Under the pieces are notes generated by a model. That model was not told where the DNA came from. It saw nothing but the letters and a program-made list of their open reading frames with translations, and made no database searches. This document shows, piece after piece, positions 39,422-49,431 of a stretch of 64,000 nucleotides of DNA. The translations under genes and the position numbers were made by a program. Numbering within the stretch: the stretch's first letter is position 1; each line of letters opens with the position of its first letter. Source of the DNA: Deltaproteobacteria bacterium (lineage in GTDB: Bacteria; Desulfobacterota_D; UBA1144; Nemesobacterales; CSP1-2); assembly GCA_052390235.1 (NCBI GenBank), contig JBQTHB010000002.1, forward strand, positions 32,001-96,000, given 5' to 3'.

Positions 39422-40602
39422 TGATAAAAGCGGGCGTCGGCTCATCCAAGAATAAAAATTCGCGCATTGCGGCGGAGGAAGCGGCGCGGGAGGCTCTCGT
39501 AAATGCCGGGATTGCCAGAGCAGCATGGGGACTTGTATTCGCCACATTTCCGCACCGCGATTCCTACGGCGAGATATTAAATTCCGTATCGGACACTCTC
39601 GGCTCTCTTAACGTCGCCGGCTGCAGCGCGATAGGCGTAATTGCGGGAAGCCGGGAAATCGAGGCTGAGGAGGCTGTGGCTGTGCTTGCGGTCTCATCAG
39701 AGGGCGTAATGGCAAATTCATTTCTCATAAATGACTCAGGCGACGGCGGTCTTAGCGCGGGAGTCGCAATTGCACATCGCGCATCTGCGGGCGTATCGCC
39801 CAATTCGCTCATTGCGCTATTTCCCGACCCCTTTGTGATTCATCCCGAATTCCTCCTGCGAGGGGTCGAATCCCGCCTTGGGGACGTAGCTATAGTGGGA
39901 GCGTCGGCGTCCGAGCATCCTCACTTTGACAGCTCTTATCAGTTCGGCGCAGGCAGCGTGGCATCCGGCGCGGTTTCGGGGATTATTTTAGAGGGCGCCC
40001 TCTCGTATAAAATCGGGATAACTCAAGGGTGTCAGCCCGTGGGCCCTCCCTGCAAGATAACCAAAGCCGACGGCAATATCATATTTGAACTCGACGGGCT
40101 TTCCGCCTTCGATGTGTTGAAGAGTAAAGTTCCCTCCGCGCTCCTCGATAATCCAAACGAACTGCTGAGCTTGGTGTTCGCCGGATTTCCCATAAATCCC
40201 GAAGGTAGAATTGCTGGCGGGGATTATCTCGTGCGAAACCTCATAGGCGTAAATCCAGCCAGCGGCATCGTAGGGGTTGCCGAAAACGTGCGCGAGGGGC
40301 AGATGATAACCTTCGCGCTCAGACACCCCGCGATGGCTAGGGAAGACCTCAAGCAGATGCTTGGGCGGATTGCGGGCGGCGGGAGCGCGGGGGCAAGACC
40401 CGCATTCGGGCTTTATTTTAACTGCTCCGGCAGAGGGTCTTCGCTCTACGGTCATTCGGGGATTGACACCGCATACATAGCCAATGCAATTGGGGATGTG
40501 CCTATCATCGGCTTCTTCGGAAACTCGGAATTCGCCCCGTTTGGGGGAGAGAACAGGGTTTTTACCTACACCGGCGTGCTTGCGCTAATTTACGATACAT
40601 GA
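39421..40602 (+). CDS. FIST-domain protein
   Basis: VAGCSAIGVI, TQGCQPVG, YLVRNLIG, LYFNCSGRG, GFFGNSE. Confidence 0.85.
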   Translation: MIKAGVGSSKNKNSRIAAEEAAREALVNAGIARAAWGLVFATFPHRDSYGEILNSVSDTLGSLNVAGCSAIGVIAGSREIEAEEAVAVLAVSSEGVMANSFLINDSGDGGLSAGVAIAHRASAGVSPNSLIALFPDPFVIHPEFLLRGVESRLGDVAIVGASASEHPHFDSSYQFGAGSVASGAVSGIILEGALSYKIGITQGCQPVGPPCKITKADGNIIFELDGLSAFDVLKSKVPSALLDNPNELLSLVFAGFPINPEGRIAGGDYLVRNLIGVNPASGIVGVAENVREGQMITFALRHPAMAREDLKQMLGRIAGGGSAGARPAFGLYFNCSGRGSSLYGHSGIDTAYIANAIGDVPIIGFFGNSEFAPFGGENRVFTYTGVLALIYDT

Positions 40603-40686
40603 TACGCGCATCGCTCTGGCAGGCTCAGGACGCATGGTTAATACCCTAGGCTAAATGGGGGGCGAATATTAAGGGGTCGAATCGGG

Positions 40687-41307
40687 ATGAATCTAATTTT
40701 GGTGCGGCACGGCGAGACGGAATGGAACAGGCTCAGCAGGTGCCAGGGGTTTTCCGACGTGGAACTCAACGACACGGGCAGGCTTCAGGCCCAGGCTCTT
40801 GCCTCCTCTCTGAGGGGCGAGACGATAGCCGCCGTCTATTCGAGTGACCTCATTAGGGCGATGGATACTGCCCGCGCTACTGCGCAGTATCATAATCTCC
40901 CGCTCAACACCGACTCCGACCTCAGAGAGATGAATCAAGGAGACCTCGAAGGGCTTACGTTTGTCGAAATCAAAGAGCGCTACGCCGAGCTTCTCGATGC
41001 GTGGAGGAAAAATCCCGAATCCGTAAACCTCCCCGGCGGCGAATCCCTCGGCGAGGTGCAGGCAAGGGCGTGGAGGGCTATCTCGAAAATCTATCAAAAA
41101 CACCCCCGCCAAACAGTTATCGCCGTGAGCCACAATTTCACCATCATGACGCTTCTGTGCAAATTCACGGGCGTGGGAATTGACGCTTTTGGGACTTTTA
41201 AACTCGCCGCGGCGTCGAAAACCGTGGTTGATTTTCAAAATGGCGGCTACAAAGTAGAAATTATCAACGACGTCGAACACCTAAAAACCGCCTCCATTGC
41301 CCGATAA
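40687..41307 (+). CDS. Histidine phosphatase (phosphoglycerate mutase family)
   Basis: LVRHGETEWN; YSSDLIRA; PGGES; VSH. Confidence 0.9.
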   Translation: MNLILVRHGETEWNRLSRCQGFSDVELNDTGRLQAQALASSLRGETIAAVYSSDLIRAMDTARATAQYHNLPLNTDSDLREMNQGDLEGLTFVEIKERYAELLDAWRKNPESVNLPGGESLGEVQARAWRAISKIYQKHPRQTVIAVSHNFTIMTLLCKFTGVGIDAFGTFKLAAASKTVVDFQNGGYKVEIINDVEHLKTASIAR

Positions 41308-41385
41308 TCCGCCGGCTGCGTACCTATGGCTCCGGCAGAATTTGCGGGTTTGTAAGTTCAGCGATTGTGTTGTAACTTTTTGTAA

Positions 41386-43062
41386 ATGAAATCGGATATT
41401 CAAAAAGCCCTCGCCCGCTCGCTCGAATCCCTTAAATTGCAATTCCCCTCGATAGCCGTAACCCCTGATGAGATAGAAATTGAAATCCCGAAGAGGAGGG
41501 AATTCGGGGATTTTTCCTCGAATATCGCCCTCGCGCTCGCCAAGAGCATTGGGCAGAGGCCCCGCGAGCTTGCCGAACTGATAATAAAAAACCTGCCTCA
41601 AAACGGCGCTCCCCTCTTCAAAAAAACCGAGATAGCCGGGGCGGGATTTATAAATTTCCACGTTAGCGAGTCGGCTCTCGCCCAAAAACTCACGCAAATC
41701 GAGGCTCTCGGCGCGGATTTCGGCAAATCTGACTTCGGCGGCGGCAAGAGAATTCTCGTTGAGTTCGTGAGCGCGAACCCCACCGGCTACCTGCACATTG
41801 GACACGCCAGAAACGCCGCCGTGGGTGATGCGGTCTCTAACATCCTCGCCGCCGCAGGGTTTGGCGTTACCAGAGAATTCTACATAAACGACGCCGGACG
41901 GCAGATGGAGATGCTAGGGCTATCGGTTTTCACGCGCTACTCGGAGCTTTGCGGTATAGAGCGAGCGATGCCCGAAGACGGCTATCAGGGCGACTACGTG
42001 AGGGAAATCGCCGAGGAAATCCATGGGGAGAGGGGAGATGCCCTCATTGCCGAAGGCGAGGTAGCCGCGGTTTCTCTCTGCAGGGAATTTGCCCGCAGGA
42101 GGTTAATTGCGCAAATCGAGCTTGATTTGGCGGATTTTGGCGTCCGGTTTGACGAGTGGTACGGCGAGTCCGAGCGAATTCACAAACCCTTGGCTGGCGG
42201 GGCGAATAAGCTAGACGGGGCAGTGTCCCAGCTCGATACACGGGGCGCGCTCGAGAGAAGGGACGAAGCGCTGTGGTTCAAAGCCACAGACTTTGGCGAC
42301 ACTCAGGACTGGGTTCTCGTGAAGCGAGACGCAAGCCCCACCTATTTCCTTGCCGATATTGCCTATCACGCCGATAAAATGCGCCGCCCTTTTGATGGTC
42401 TCGTCAACGTTTGGGGCGCTGACCATCATAGCCACGTCGGACGCCTTAAGGCGGCAATGCGGGCTTTGGGATTCCACCACGACGCGCTTCGGGTTCTCCT
42501 CATTCAATTTGTAAGGCTCATACGCGACGGGCGGGAGGTCGCCATGTCCAAGCGCGCGGGAAGCTACGTTACGCTCCGCGAGGTTATACGCGAGGTCGGG
42601 CGCGATGTGATGCGGTTTTTCCTCCTCATGCGAAGCTCGGACGCTCATCTGGATTTTGACCTCGATTTGGCAAAGCGGGAGTCGAGCGAAAATCCCGTTT
42701 ATTACGTCCAGTACGCCCATGCAAGGGTTGGGAGCATTTTCGAGAAATCATCCGAGCGGGGGCTTGCCCCGTCAATGCGGCATCTCCATCTCCTCACGCT
42801 TCCTGAGGAGGTAAATCTGATTAAGAAGCTCATTTCCTTCCCTGAGACGGTCGCCGAGAGCGCGCAGATGCTCGCCCCTCACAGGATTGCGTTCTATCTT
42901 CAGGATGTCGCCTCGGATTTCCATGTGTATTACGCGAAAAATAGAATTGTGGGCGAGGACGCCGAGCTGGCCTCAGCGCGCCTGTATTTTATTGATTGCA
43001 TTCGGACGGTTATTAAAAATGGGCTAAAGCTCTTGGGAGTGTCCGCGCCGGAGAGGATGTGA
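41386..43062 (+). CDS. argS: Arginine--tRNA ligase
   Basis: VEFVSANPTGYLHIGH; WGADH; MSKRAG; YVQYAHAR; SAPERM. Confidence 0.97.
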   Translation: MKSDIQKALARSLESLKLQFPSIAVTPDEIEIEIPKRREFGDFSSNIALALAKSIGQRPRELAELIIKNLPQNGAPLFKKTEIAGAGFINFHVSESALAQKLTQIEALGADFGKSDFGGGKRILVEFVSANPTGYLHIGHARNAAVGDAVSNILAAAGFGVTREFYINDAGRQMEMLGLSVFTRYSELCGIERAMPEDGYQGDYVREIAEEIHGERGDALIAEGEVAAVSLCREFARRRLIAQIELDLADFGVRFDEWYGESERIHKPLAGGANKLDGAVSQLDTRGALERRDEALWFKATDFGDTQDWVLVKRDASPTYFLADIAYHADKMRRPFDGLVNVWGADHHSHVGRLKAAMRALGFHHDALRVLLIQFVRLIRDGREVAMSKRAGSYVTLREVIREVGRDVMRFFLLMRSSDAHLDFDLDLAKRESSENPVYYVQYAHARVGSIFEKSSERGLAPSMRHLHLLTLPEEVNLIKKLISFPETVAESAQMLAPHRIAFYLQDVASDFHVYYAKNRIVGEDAELASARLYFIDCIRTVIKNGLKLLGVSAPERM

Positions 43063-43066
43063 AGCG

Positions 43067-43834
43067 ATGAGAAGAAATCCAAGCAATGCCAGAGTCATCT
43101 CGCTATTTGTCGTTTTTCTGATTATTTTCGTTGTCGCCTTCGGTCTCGGCGTAATTGTAGGGATGGGGATAAACACTCCGAAAGAGATTAAAATCGCCGC
43201 TAATACCGAAATCGAGCCGCCCGCCGAGGGGGAATTTATCCCGTCTGAATCCGAACAATTCCCCGAAGAAGATGAGTCTCCATCCCCGACGCCAGAATTT
43301 GATGAATTTGGCGATGCAGAGGCTGAATCCGAGGAAATTGAGTCCCCTGCCCCCACTGTGGCGCCGACTGCCACTCCAATTGCCGGGACTCCCGCGCCTA
43401 CGCCAAAAGCGACGCCGAAGCCTGAGCCGAGGATAAAAGCAACGCCTAAGACTTCTCCATCCCCGACCCCCGCGCCGAAGTCTGAGACGGCGGCCGAATC
43501 CAGAGAAAAGGCGATAAAAAAGGTGCTGGAGTCCCTGCCGAAGCCTAGTGAGAGAACCGCCCCGAAGCCTGAATCAACGCCTAAGGAGTTTAAGGGCGAA
43601 TATACCGTTCAGGTCGGGGCTTTCCAGAAGCAGAGCCAAGCACAGGAAGTGCTGAAGGCCCTCAAAGCGAAGGGTTATCCGGTTTTTGTGAAAGAGGGAT
43701 ACCTGCCGCAGAAAGGCTATTGGTACAGGGTCCAAGTGGGCGCTTTTAAGACCAGAGCCGAGGCAAAGGCGTACGGCGAGGAGCTACAGAGCAAGGTGCG
43801 CGCGGTCAAATCCGTCTATATCATCGGCAAGTAG
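43067..43834 (+). CDS. SPOR-domain membrane-anchored protein
   Basis: N-terminal TM segment, Pro/Thr-rich linker, YTVQVGAF...WYRVQVG; argS-SPOR order. Confidence 0.85.
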   Translation: MRRNPSNARVISLFVVFLIIFVVAFGLGVIVGMGINTPKEIKIAANTEIEPPAEGEFIPSESEQFPEEDESPSPTPEFDEFGDAEAESEEIESPAPTVAPTATPIAGTPAPTPKATPKPEPRIKATPKTSPSPTPAPKSETAAESREKAIKKVLESLPKPSERTAPKPESTPKEFKGEYTVQVGAFQKQSQAQEVLKALKAKGYPVFVKEGYLPQKGYWYRVQVGAFKTRAEAKAYGEELQSKVRAVKSVYIIGK

Positions 43835-43957
43835 CGTCCATTTCAGTCCTGGATTCTGCGATGTCGCGGACACCCTCTCACCGTTGGATGAAAGGCTCAG
43901 GGGGCGGGCGGCAGTGAGCGTAACCGGCATCTCGTATCTCCAAGGGGTAAAATCGAA

Positions 43958-44368
43958 ATGGACAGATGGTTCTGGATGGCTCTGATTGCGATAGCACTTT
44001 GGGGATTGGGTAGCTTCTTTGGGAAACTCGCCTCGGCAAAGGACATCGCCTATAGGGTTTATCTGTTCGAGGGAATAGGGACGATAACGGTGCTGGCGAC
44101 TTTTATGCTCTGGAAGAGAGACGAGGTTCTCTCGAATTTCTCGGTGAACTATTTCGGGCTTCTGATGGGGCTTTGCTGGGGAGTTGGCACGGTGCTGTTT
44201 ATCATCGCGCTCAAGCCTGCGAAGCTCTCGGTGCTTGTGCCGCTCACGGCAGTGTATCCGGTTGTAACGGTTCTTCTGGCGTTTTTGTTTCTGGGGGAGC
44301 GGCTGAGTCCTAAAGAGATTGCTGGCGTGGCACTGGCGATTGTCTCGGCGGTTCTACTCGCGAGGTGA
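43958..44368 (+). CDS. EamA/DMT-family small transporter
   Basis: Hydrophobic; LVPLTAVYPVVTVLLAFLFLGE. Confidence 0.85.
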   Translation: MDRWFWMALIAIALWGLGSFFGKLASAKDIAYRVYLFEGIGTITVLATFMLWKRDEVLSNFSVNYFGLLMGLCWGVGTVLFIIALKPAKLSVLVPLTAVYPVVTVLLAFLFLGERLSPKEIAGVALAIVSAVLLAR

Positions 44369-44419
44369 TTGGTACTGCCGGTAGCTTCGCCGCTCGCAAT
44401 AATTGGGGATTTATGCCCC

Positions 44420-45490
44420 CTAGTTACGTCCCTCGGCGGCGATTTTCTCTATTTCCTTTACGAGTTCCTCGACGAGGGCTTCTTCTTTAAATGATTTTAC
44501 GAGTTTCCCCTTTTTGTACATCATCCCCTTCCCCCTGCCGCCGGCAATCCCAATGTCGGCTTCGAGCGCCTCTCCGGGACCATTGACTACGCATCCGAGT
44601 ATCGAGACTTTAATCGGTCTGGGAAGCTCCACTCCGGCTAATTTCGCCTCCACATCCCCTACGAGCTTCATAAGGTCAATCTCTAGCCTCCCGCATCCGG
44701 GGCAGGATATTATCTCAATCCCGTGCCTTCTGTGCCCAAGCGACCTGAGTATATCTATTCCGAGATGCACCTCTTCAACCGGGTCGTCCGTGAGCGACAC
44801 GCGTATTGTGTCTCCGATGCCCTCGGCAAGTAGTGCGCCGATGCCGATAGCGGATTTTATCGTCCCCATCTTTATCGTTCCGGCTTCGGTAACTCCGAGG
44901 TGAAGCGCGTATTCGCACCGCGAGGCAAGTAGTCTATAGGCTTCAATCATCCTCATCACGTCGGTGGATTTGACAGAGATTTTGATGTCGCGAAAATCGA
45001 GGTCTTCGAGGATGCGTATGTGGCGAAACGCGCTCTCGGCTAGGGCTTCGGCTGTGGGGCTTCCGTGCTTTTTTAGGATGTCCTTCTCGAGCGAGCCCGA
45101 ATTGACGCCGATTCTTATGGGGATTGCCCTTTCTTTCACGGCGTCAACCACGGCTTTGATTCTCGCCTTAGAGCCGATGTTGCCGGGGTTGATTCTCATT
45201 CCGTCAACGCCTTGGCGTATGGCTTCGAGGGCGAGCTTGTAGTCAAAGTGAATATCGGAAACTATGGGGATGGAGGTCTGCTTCTTAATTTCGCCCAGGG
45301 CGCGGGCGGCGTCCATATCCGGCACGGCAAGCCTTACGACGTCGCATCCGGCGCTCTCAATGCGCCGTATCTCGGCGACTGTGGCGGCGACGTCTCTGGT
45401 GTCGGTCTTGGTCATGGTTTGCACTGACACGGGCGCGCCCCCTCCGATTTTCACTCTTCCTATCTTGATTTGACGCGATGGTCTTCTCAT
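44420..45490 (-). CDS. ispG: HMBPP synthase
   Basis: SDIHF, RINPGNIG, IRIGVNSGS, HLGVTEAG, SCPGCGR, GCVVNGPGE. Confidence 0.97.
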   Translation of the reverse strand: MRRPSRQIKIGRVKIGGGAPVSVQTMTKTDTRDVAATVAEIRRIESAGCDVVRLAVPDMDAARALGEIKKQTSIPIVSDIHFDYKLALEAIRQGVDGMRINPGNIGSKARIKAVVDAVKERAIPIRIGVNSGSLEKDILKKHGSPTAEALAESAFRHIRILEDLDFRDIKISVKSTDVMRMIEAYRLLASRCEYALHLGVTEAGTIKMGTIKSAIGIGALLAEGIGDTIRVSLTDDPVEEVHLGIDILRSLGHRRHGIEIISCPGCGRLEIDLMKLVGDVEAKLAGVELPRPIKVSILGCVVNGPGEALEADIGIAGGRGKGMMYKKGKLVKSFKEEALVEELVKEIEKIAAEGRN

Positions 45491-45501
45491 CTTAGGTGAA
45501 G

Positions 45502-45530
45502 AGGTTATTGTAAATAGCGGGGGGTGTCAA
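45502..45530 (-). promoter_or_regulatory. Putative sigma70 promoter of ispG
   Basis: Minus strand TTGACA-17 bp-TAACCT. Confidence 0.45.
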
Positions 45531-45616
45531 GGACGGGAGGGCGCGGGGGGAGGCTGCCGCCAATATAGTGTTTTGAAATAGGCAAGGTATAGTAATTACG
45601 AGGAGGCGGCAAAAAT

Positions 45617-46024
45617 ATGGGAATGAAAAAAATCATAGGCATAAAACAGGACGCCGGCGCTCCTGCGGATAAAAATGTGGCATTCGCCGGATTTCAAAAA
45701 TCGAGCCAAGCCGATGAGCCTCAAGCCGAGCTAACCGAAGCGCTCGTGTATGAATCTCTCAAGGGGGTGTATGACCCTGAGATTCCCGTGAGCATCGTTG
45801 ACCTTGGGCTGATTTACGACGCTCAAATATCGGGGCGGAACGTGCATCTTAAAATGACACTGACCACTCCCGGATGCGGCATGGGCGCGATGATTGCCAA
45901 GCAAGCCGAGGCGGCTGTGAAGGGCGCCGGGGCTAAGCACGTTCTTGTTGAGATAGTCTGGGATCCGCCATGGAATCCCGATATGATGAGCGACGAGGCT
46001 AGGCAGAAGCTCGGAATTGACTAG
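45617..46024 (+). CDS. DUF59 (SufT/PaaD-like) Fe-S assembly protein
   Basis: YDPEIPVSIVDLGLIY; MTLTTPGCGM; WDPPW. Confidence 0.9.
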   Translation: MGMKKIIGIKQDAGAPADKNVAFAGFQKSSQADEPQAELTEALVYESLKGVYDPEIPVSIVDLGLIYDAQISGRNVHLKMTLTTPGCGMGAMIAKQAEAAVKGAGAKHVLVEIVWDPPWNPDMMSDEARQKLGID

Positions 46025-46101
46025 AGTTTCATGAGCGGCGGGAGTATGGCAAATCTGAGCCCCAACCGGGGCAGTGGGCGCGCTCACCGTGAATTATCCA
46101 T

Positions 46102-47166
46102 TTGGAGGCAATAAGGAAATTGGAATTAACCCCTGAGAGTGTAAAAAACGCGCTGAAGCGGATAAAATACCCCGGATTCACGAGAGACATAGTTTCCTTT
46201 GGCATCGTCAAGGACGTTGAAATCGAAGGCTCGAAGGTAAAATTACAACTCGTGTTCCCGAAGCCGGACGATAAAATCGAGGCAGAGGTCAAAGACGCGG
46301 TTCAGAAGAAATTGTTTGAATCCGAGGCGATCTCGGAGGTCGAGATTAAAACCTCGGTGAGAGAGGGCAAACCCTCTCAAGCCCAGACATCCGAAGCAAA
46401 AAAAACTAAACTCCCCGCGGTTAAGCACTACATCGCCGTAGCGAGCGGCAAGGGAGGAGTCGGCAAATCCACCGTTGCCGTGAACCTCGCCCTCGCCATA
46501 TCTAAACTGAGGGGGGGCGTAGGATTAATGGACGCCGACATCTGGGGACCAAGCGCCCCGATAATGATGGGGATCAACAAAAGACCGCTCGCCACGCCGG
46601 AGCAGAAAATCATCCCACTTGAGAGGCACGGGATAAAGGTCATGTCTATAGGGTTTCTCATTGACGACGACGAGACTGTGATTTGGCGTGGCCCAATGGT
46701 TCACGGGGCTGTGAAGCAATTTATCGAGGATGTGGAGTGGCGGGGCGTGGATTATCTCGTGATTGACCTTCCGCCGGGAACCGGGGACGCTCAACTCTCG
46801 CTAATTCAGACAGCGCCTCTGAGCGGCGGGGTGATTGTTACGACCCCTCAGGACGTGGCGTTGATTGACGTGCGAAGGGGCGTGCAGATGTTTGAGAAAC
46901 TAAACGTGCCCGTGCTTGGGGTGGTTGAGAACATGAGCTATCTGCTCTGCCCTCACTGCGACGGCGAAATGGATATTTTCGGCAGGGGAGGGGGCAGGAG
47001 AATGGCTGAGAAATTTGGCGTGCCTTTTCTCGGCGAAATCCCCATAGACCCGGCTATTAGAAAAGGCGGCGATTCGGGAATACCGATAATTGAATCCGAC
47101 CCGGATAGCCTGGTGTCGAAGGCGTTTATGGATATAGCGCGCATGGTCTTGGTCTCCATCGAGTAA
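46102..47166 (+). CDS. Mrp/ApbC (NBP35) Fe-S carrier ATPase
   Basis: SGKGGVGKST; WRGPM; DLPPGTGD; CPHC; real start may be TTG 46120. Confidence 0.92.
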   Translation: MEAIRKLELTPESVKNALKRIKYPGFTRDIVSFGIVKDVEIEGSKVKLQLVFPKPDDKIEAEVKDAVQKKLFESEAISEVEIKTSVREGKPSQAQTSEAKKTKLPAVKHYIAVASGKGGVGKSTVAVNLALAISKLRGGVGLMDADIWGPSAPIMMGINKRPLATPEQKIIPLERHGIKVMSIGFLIDDDETVIWRGPMVHGAVKQFIEDVEWRGVDYLVIDLPPGTGDAQLSLIQTAPLSGGVIVTTPQDVALIDVRRGVQMFEKLNVPVLGVVENMSYLLCPHCDGEMDIFGRGGGRRMAEKFGVPFLGEIPIDPAIRKGGDSGIPIIESDPDSLVSKAFMDIARMVLVSIE

Positions 47167-47342
47167 TGCCTGCGGGCAGAGCCGTTTTCAGTGGTTATCC
47201 CAAAAGCTCATCATCTGGATTCTTCGCCGTGGGTTTACATGAAATATGCTCAGAGCGATGTTCGCGCTAATTTGGGGTTTCAAATATCTATAAAAAATCC
47301 TGCGGGCGTTCTGCCTTGACTCCCGACGAGCCGTGATTAATT

Positions 47343-47365
47343 TTAGATTAGAAATTAGAATCTAA
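47343..47365. promoter_or_regulatory. Inverted repeat (possible operator) upstream of Hsp20
   Basis: TTAGATT-N9-AATCTAA between TTGACT (47316) and the AAGGAGG RBS. Confidence 0.4.
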
Positions 47366-47379
47366 GGAGGCAGTGAAAA

Positions 47380-47826
47380 ATGATGAGATTTACCGTTAGA
47401 GACCCATGGGCTTACGGGGCGCTTGAGGCTAAATTCAATAAAATGATTGATGAAACGCTCAAAAATTTCTATCCGTATGAGGCGGAGCCCAAATTCCGCT
47501 GGTCGCCCGCAGTGGACATACGCGAGACCGCAGAGGGGTTCATCGTGAGAGCCGACGTTCCCGGAATAGCCAAGGACGAAATCCGAATTGACGTTAAGGA
47601 TTCAACCCTTACCATAAGCGGCGAGAAGAAATCCGAGGACGGAGCGTCGGATAATAATTATGTGAGAGTGGAGCGGGTATCGGGAACTTTTGCCCGTAGC
47701 TTCTCTCTTCCCAAAAACGTTGACTCCGAGAAAATAAAAGCCACTTACAGAGACGGCGTGCTTGAACTCATCCTCCCCAAGAGAGACGAAGCCCAACTGA
47801 AGCAGATTAAAGTTGAAATTAACTGA
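47380..47826 (+). CDS. Hsp20/alpha-crystallin small heat-shock protein
   Basis: PAVDIRET; DVPG; ERVSGTFARSFSLP; YRDGVLEL. Confidence 0.93.
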   Translation: MMRFTVRDPWAYGALEAKFNKMIDETLKNFYPYEAEPKFRWSPAVDIRETAEGFIVRADVPGIAKDEIRIDVKDSTLTISGEKKSEDGASDNNYVRVERVSGTFARSFSLPKNVDSEKIKATYRDGVLELILPKRDEAQLKQIKVEIN

Positions 47827-47886
47827 GGCCTAGATAAACCAAGCCGCTTCTGTCAGAATTAACGGCGGGAGCGGCATCTACAGTAA

Positions 47887-48999
47887 ATGGCGACAAAACG
47901 AGATTACTACGAGGTGCTTGGCGTTGCAAAAGACGCATCCCAAGGAGACATTAAGAGGGCCTATAGAAAGCTCGCCCGCCGCCATCATCCCGACCTAAAC
48001 CCCGGCAGTAAAGAATCAGAAGACAAATTCAAGGAACTCCAGCAGGCTTACGAAATCCTCTCCAAAGAGGACAAACGAAGGGCTTACGACTCCTACGGAA
48101 GCTCCCCGTTTCAAAGAGGCGGCGCGGGGCAAAGGGGGGCAAACCCCGAACACCCCGGAGGATACTCTCAGCAGTACAGCCCCCACGAGGTCAACCTAGA
48201 AGACCTCTTTGGCGGCGGCTTCGATGATATTTTCCGAGACCCCGCTGCCCCCCAAAAGCGCGGACGCGACATTGAATACCAAATCGAAATAGATTTTGAA
48301 ACTGCAATCAGGGGCGGCTCAAGGGATATTTCCCTCACCAGAGAGGCTATGTGCGGGGTTTGCGCTGGGACGGGCGTAAATCCGGGAGGCGCGGCGAAAA
48401 CCTGCCCTCAGTGCAAGGGGAGCGGTAGGCTCAATTTCACCGGCATCTTCGGCATCGGCAAAGCCTGCAACGCCTGCTCCGGCACGGGAAAGTCGCCAGA
48501 CCCCTGCCGAAATTGCGGGGCAAAGGGCAGAATCCCGCAGTCTGAGACGATTTCCGTCAGAATCCCCTCCGGCGTGGATAGCGGCTCGAAAATCCGCGTG
48601 CCAGGAAAAGGGCAGGAGGCGGCAAGTTCGGTGGGCGATTTGTATCTTCGGATAAAAGTAAGCCCTCATCCAATATTTGACCGCGAGGACGGCGATATAT
48701 ATGTTGAACTGCCAGTTACGTTCTATGAAGCGGCTTTAGGGGCGCAGATTCAGGTTCCCACAATTGACGGGGCGGCGGTAGTGGTTACGATTCCCTCAGG
48801 GGTGCAGAACGGCACGAAGCTCAGACTGAGGGGCAAGGGCGCGCCTAATATCAAAACCAAAGAGCGCGGGGACCAGTACGTGCTTGTGAAAATCGTCATG
48901 CCGGAGCATCTATCGGAGAGCGCGAAGAGGAAATTTGAAGAGCTTCAAAAGGCGAGTTCCTACAATCCGAGGGAATTTCTTGAGAAATACATGAGGTGA
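47887..48999 (+). CDS. dnaJ: DnaJ chaperone
   Basis: [11 protein letters not shown] motif, four CxxCxxxG zinc repeats, C-terminal domain. Confidence 0.9.
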   Translation: MATKRDYYEVLGVAKDASQGDIKRAYRKLARRHHPDLNPGSKESEDKFKELQQAYEILSKEDKRRAYDSYGSSPFQRGGAGQRGANPEHPGGYSQQYSPHEVNLEDLFGGGFDDIFRDPAAPQKRGRDIEYQIEIDFETAIRGGSRDISLTREAMCGVCAGTGVNPGGAAKTCPQCKGSGRLNFTGIFGIGKACNACSGTGKSPDPCRNCGAKGRIPQSETISVRIPSGVDSGSKIRVPGKGQEAASSVGDLYLRIKVSPHPIFDREDGDIYVELPVTFYEAALGAQIQVPTIDGAAVVVTIPSGVQNGTKLRLRGKGAPNIKTKERGDQYVLVKIVMPEHLSESAKRKFEELQKASSYNPREFLEKYMR

Positions 49000-49062
49000 A
49001 ATCATCCCTGCGCTGATTGCCGAGCCGTCTATTCAATAAAACCAACCGAGGATAAGTTAATC

Positions 49063-49359
49063 ATGAGCGAAGAAGATGTGAAAAAAGACGCAGAAAGCGC
49101 ATGGCTATTTAAAATGGATTTCTCGACGTTTATTCTGTCTCTGAATACCACAGCGCTGATTCACCTGGGCGAGATTCCAGACCCGGAGTCCAGAGAAAGA
49201 GCGCAGAGCATTCCGGCGGCTAAGCACACGATTGAAATTCTGGAGATAATCAACGCCAAGACCAAGGGGAATTTAGACGCCAAGGAACAAAACCTCCTCG
49301 ACGACGTTATCTATGACCTCAAAATGAAGTACATCAGAAATTTCCGGTCCGCTCGCTGA
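49063..49359 (+). CDS. DUF1844-like protein
   Basis: FSTFILSL..ALIHLG..PDP..AKHTIEILE..KTKGNL. Confidence 0.8.
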   Translation: MSEEDVKKDAESAWLFKMDFSTFILSLNTTALIHLGEIPDPESRERAQSIPAAKHTIEILEIINAKTKGNLDAKEQNLLDDVIYDLKMKYIRNFRSAR

Positions 49360-49431
49360 ACGCCCGCCCATCGGGGGTTATCATAGTTTGCAATATGAGT
49401 AGAGGCTGAGAAAATCGGCTTCTTCATCGTA

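Noticed and set aside
43835..43957. Possible riboswitch upstream of the EamA gene
   Set aside because: No recognisable aptamer consensus; an Rfam search would be needed.
47842..47876. Hairpin after hsp20 as an intrinsic terminator
   Set aside because: Imperfect stem with no U-tract, and dnaJ starts about 10 nt later.
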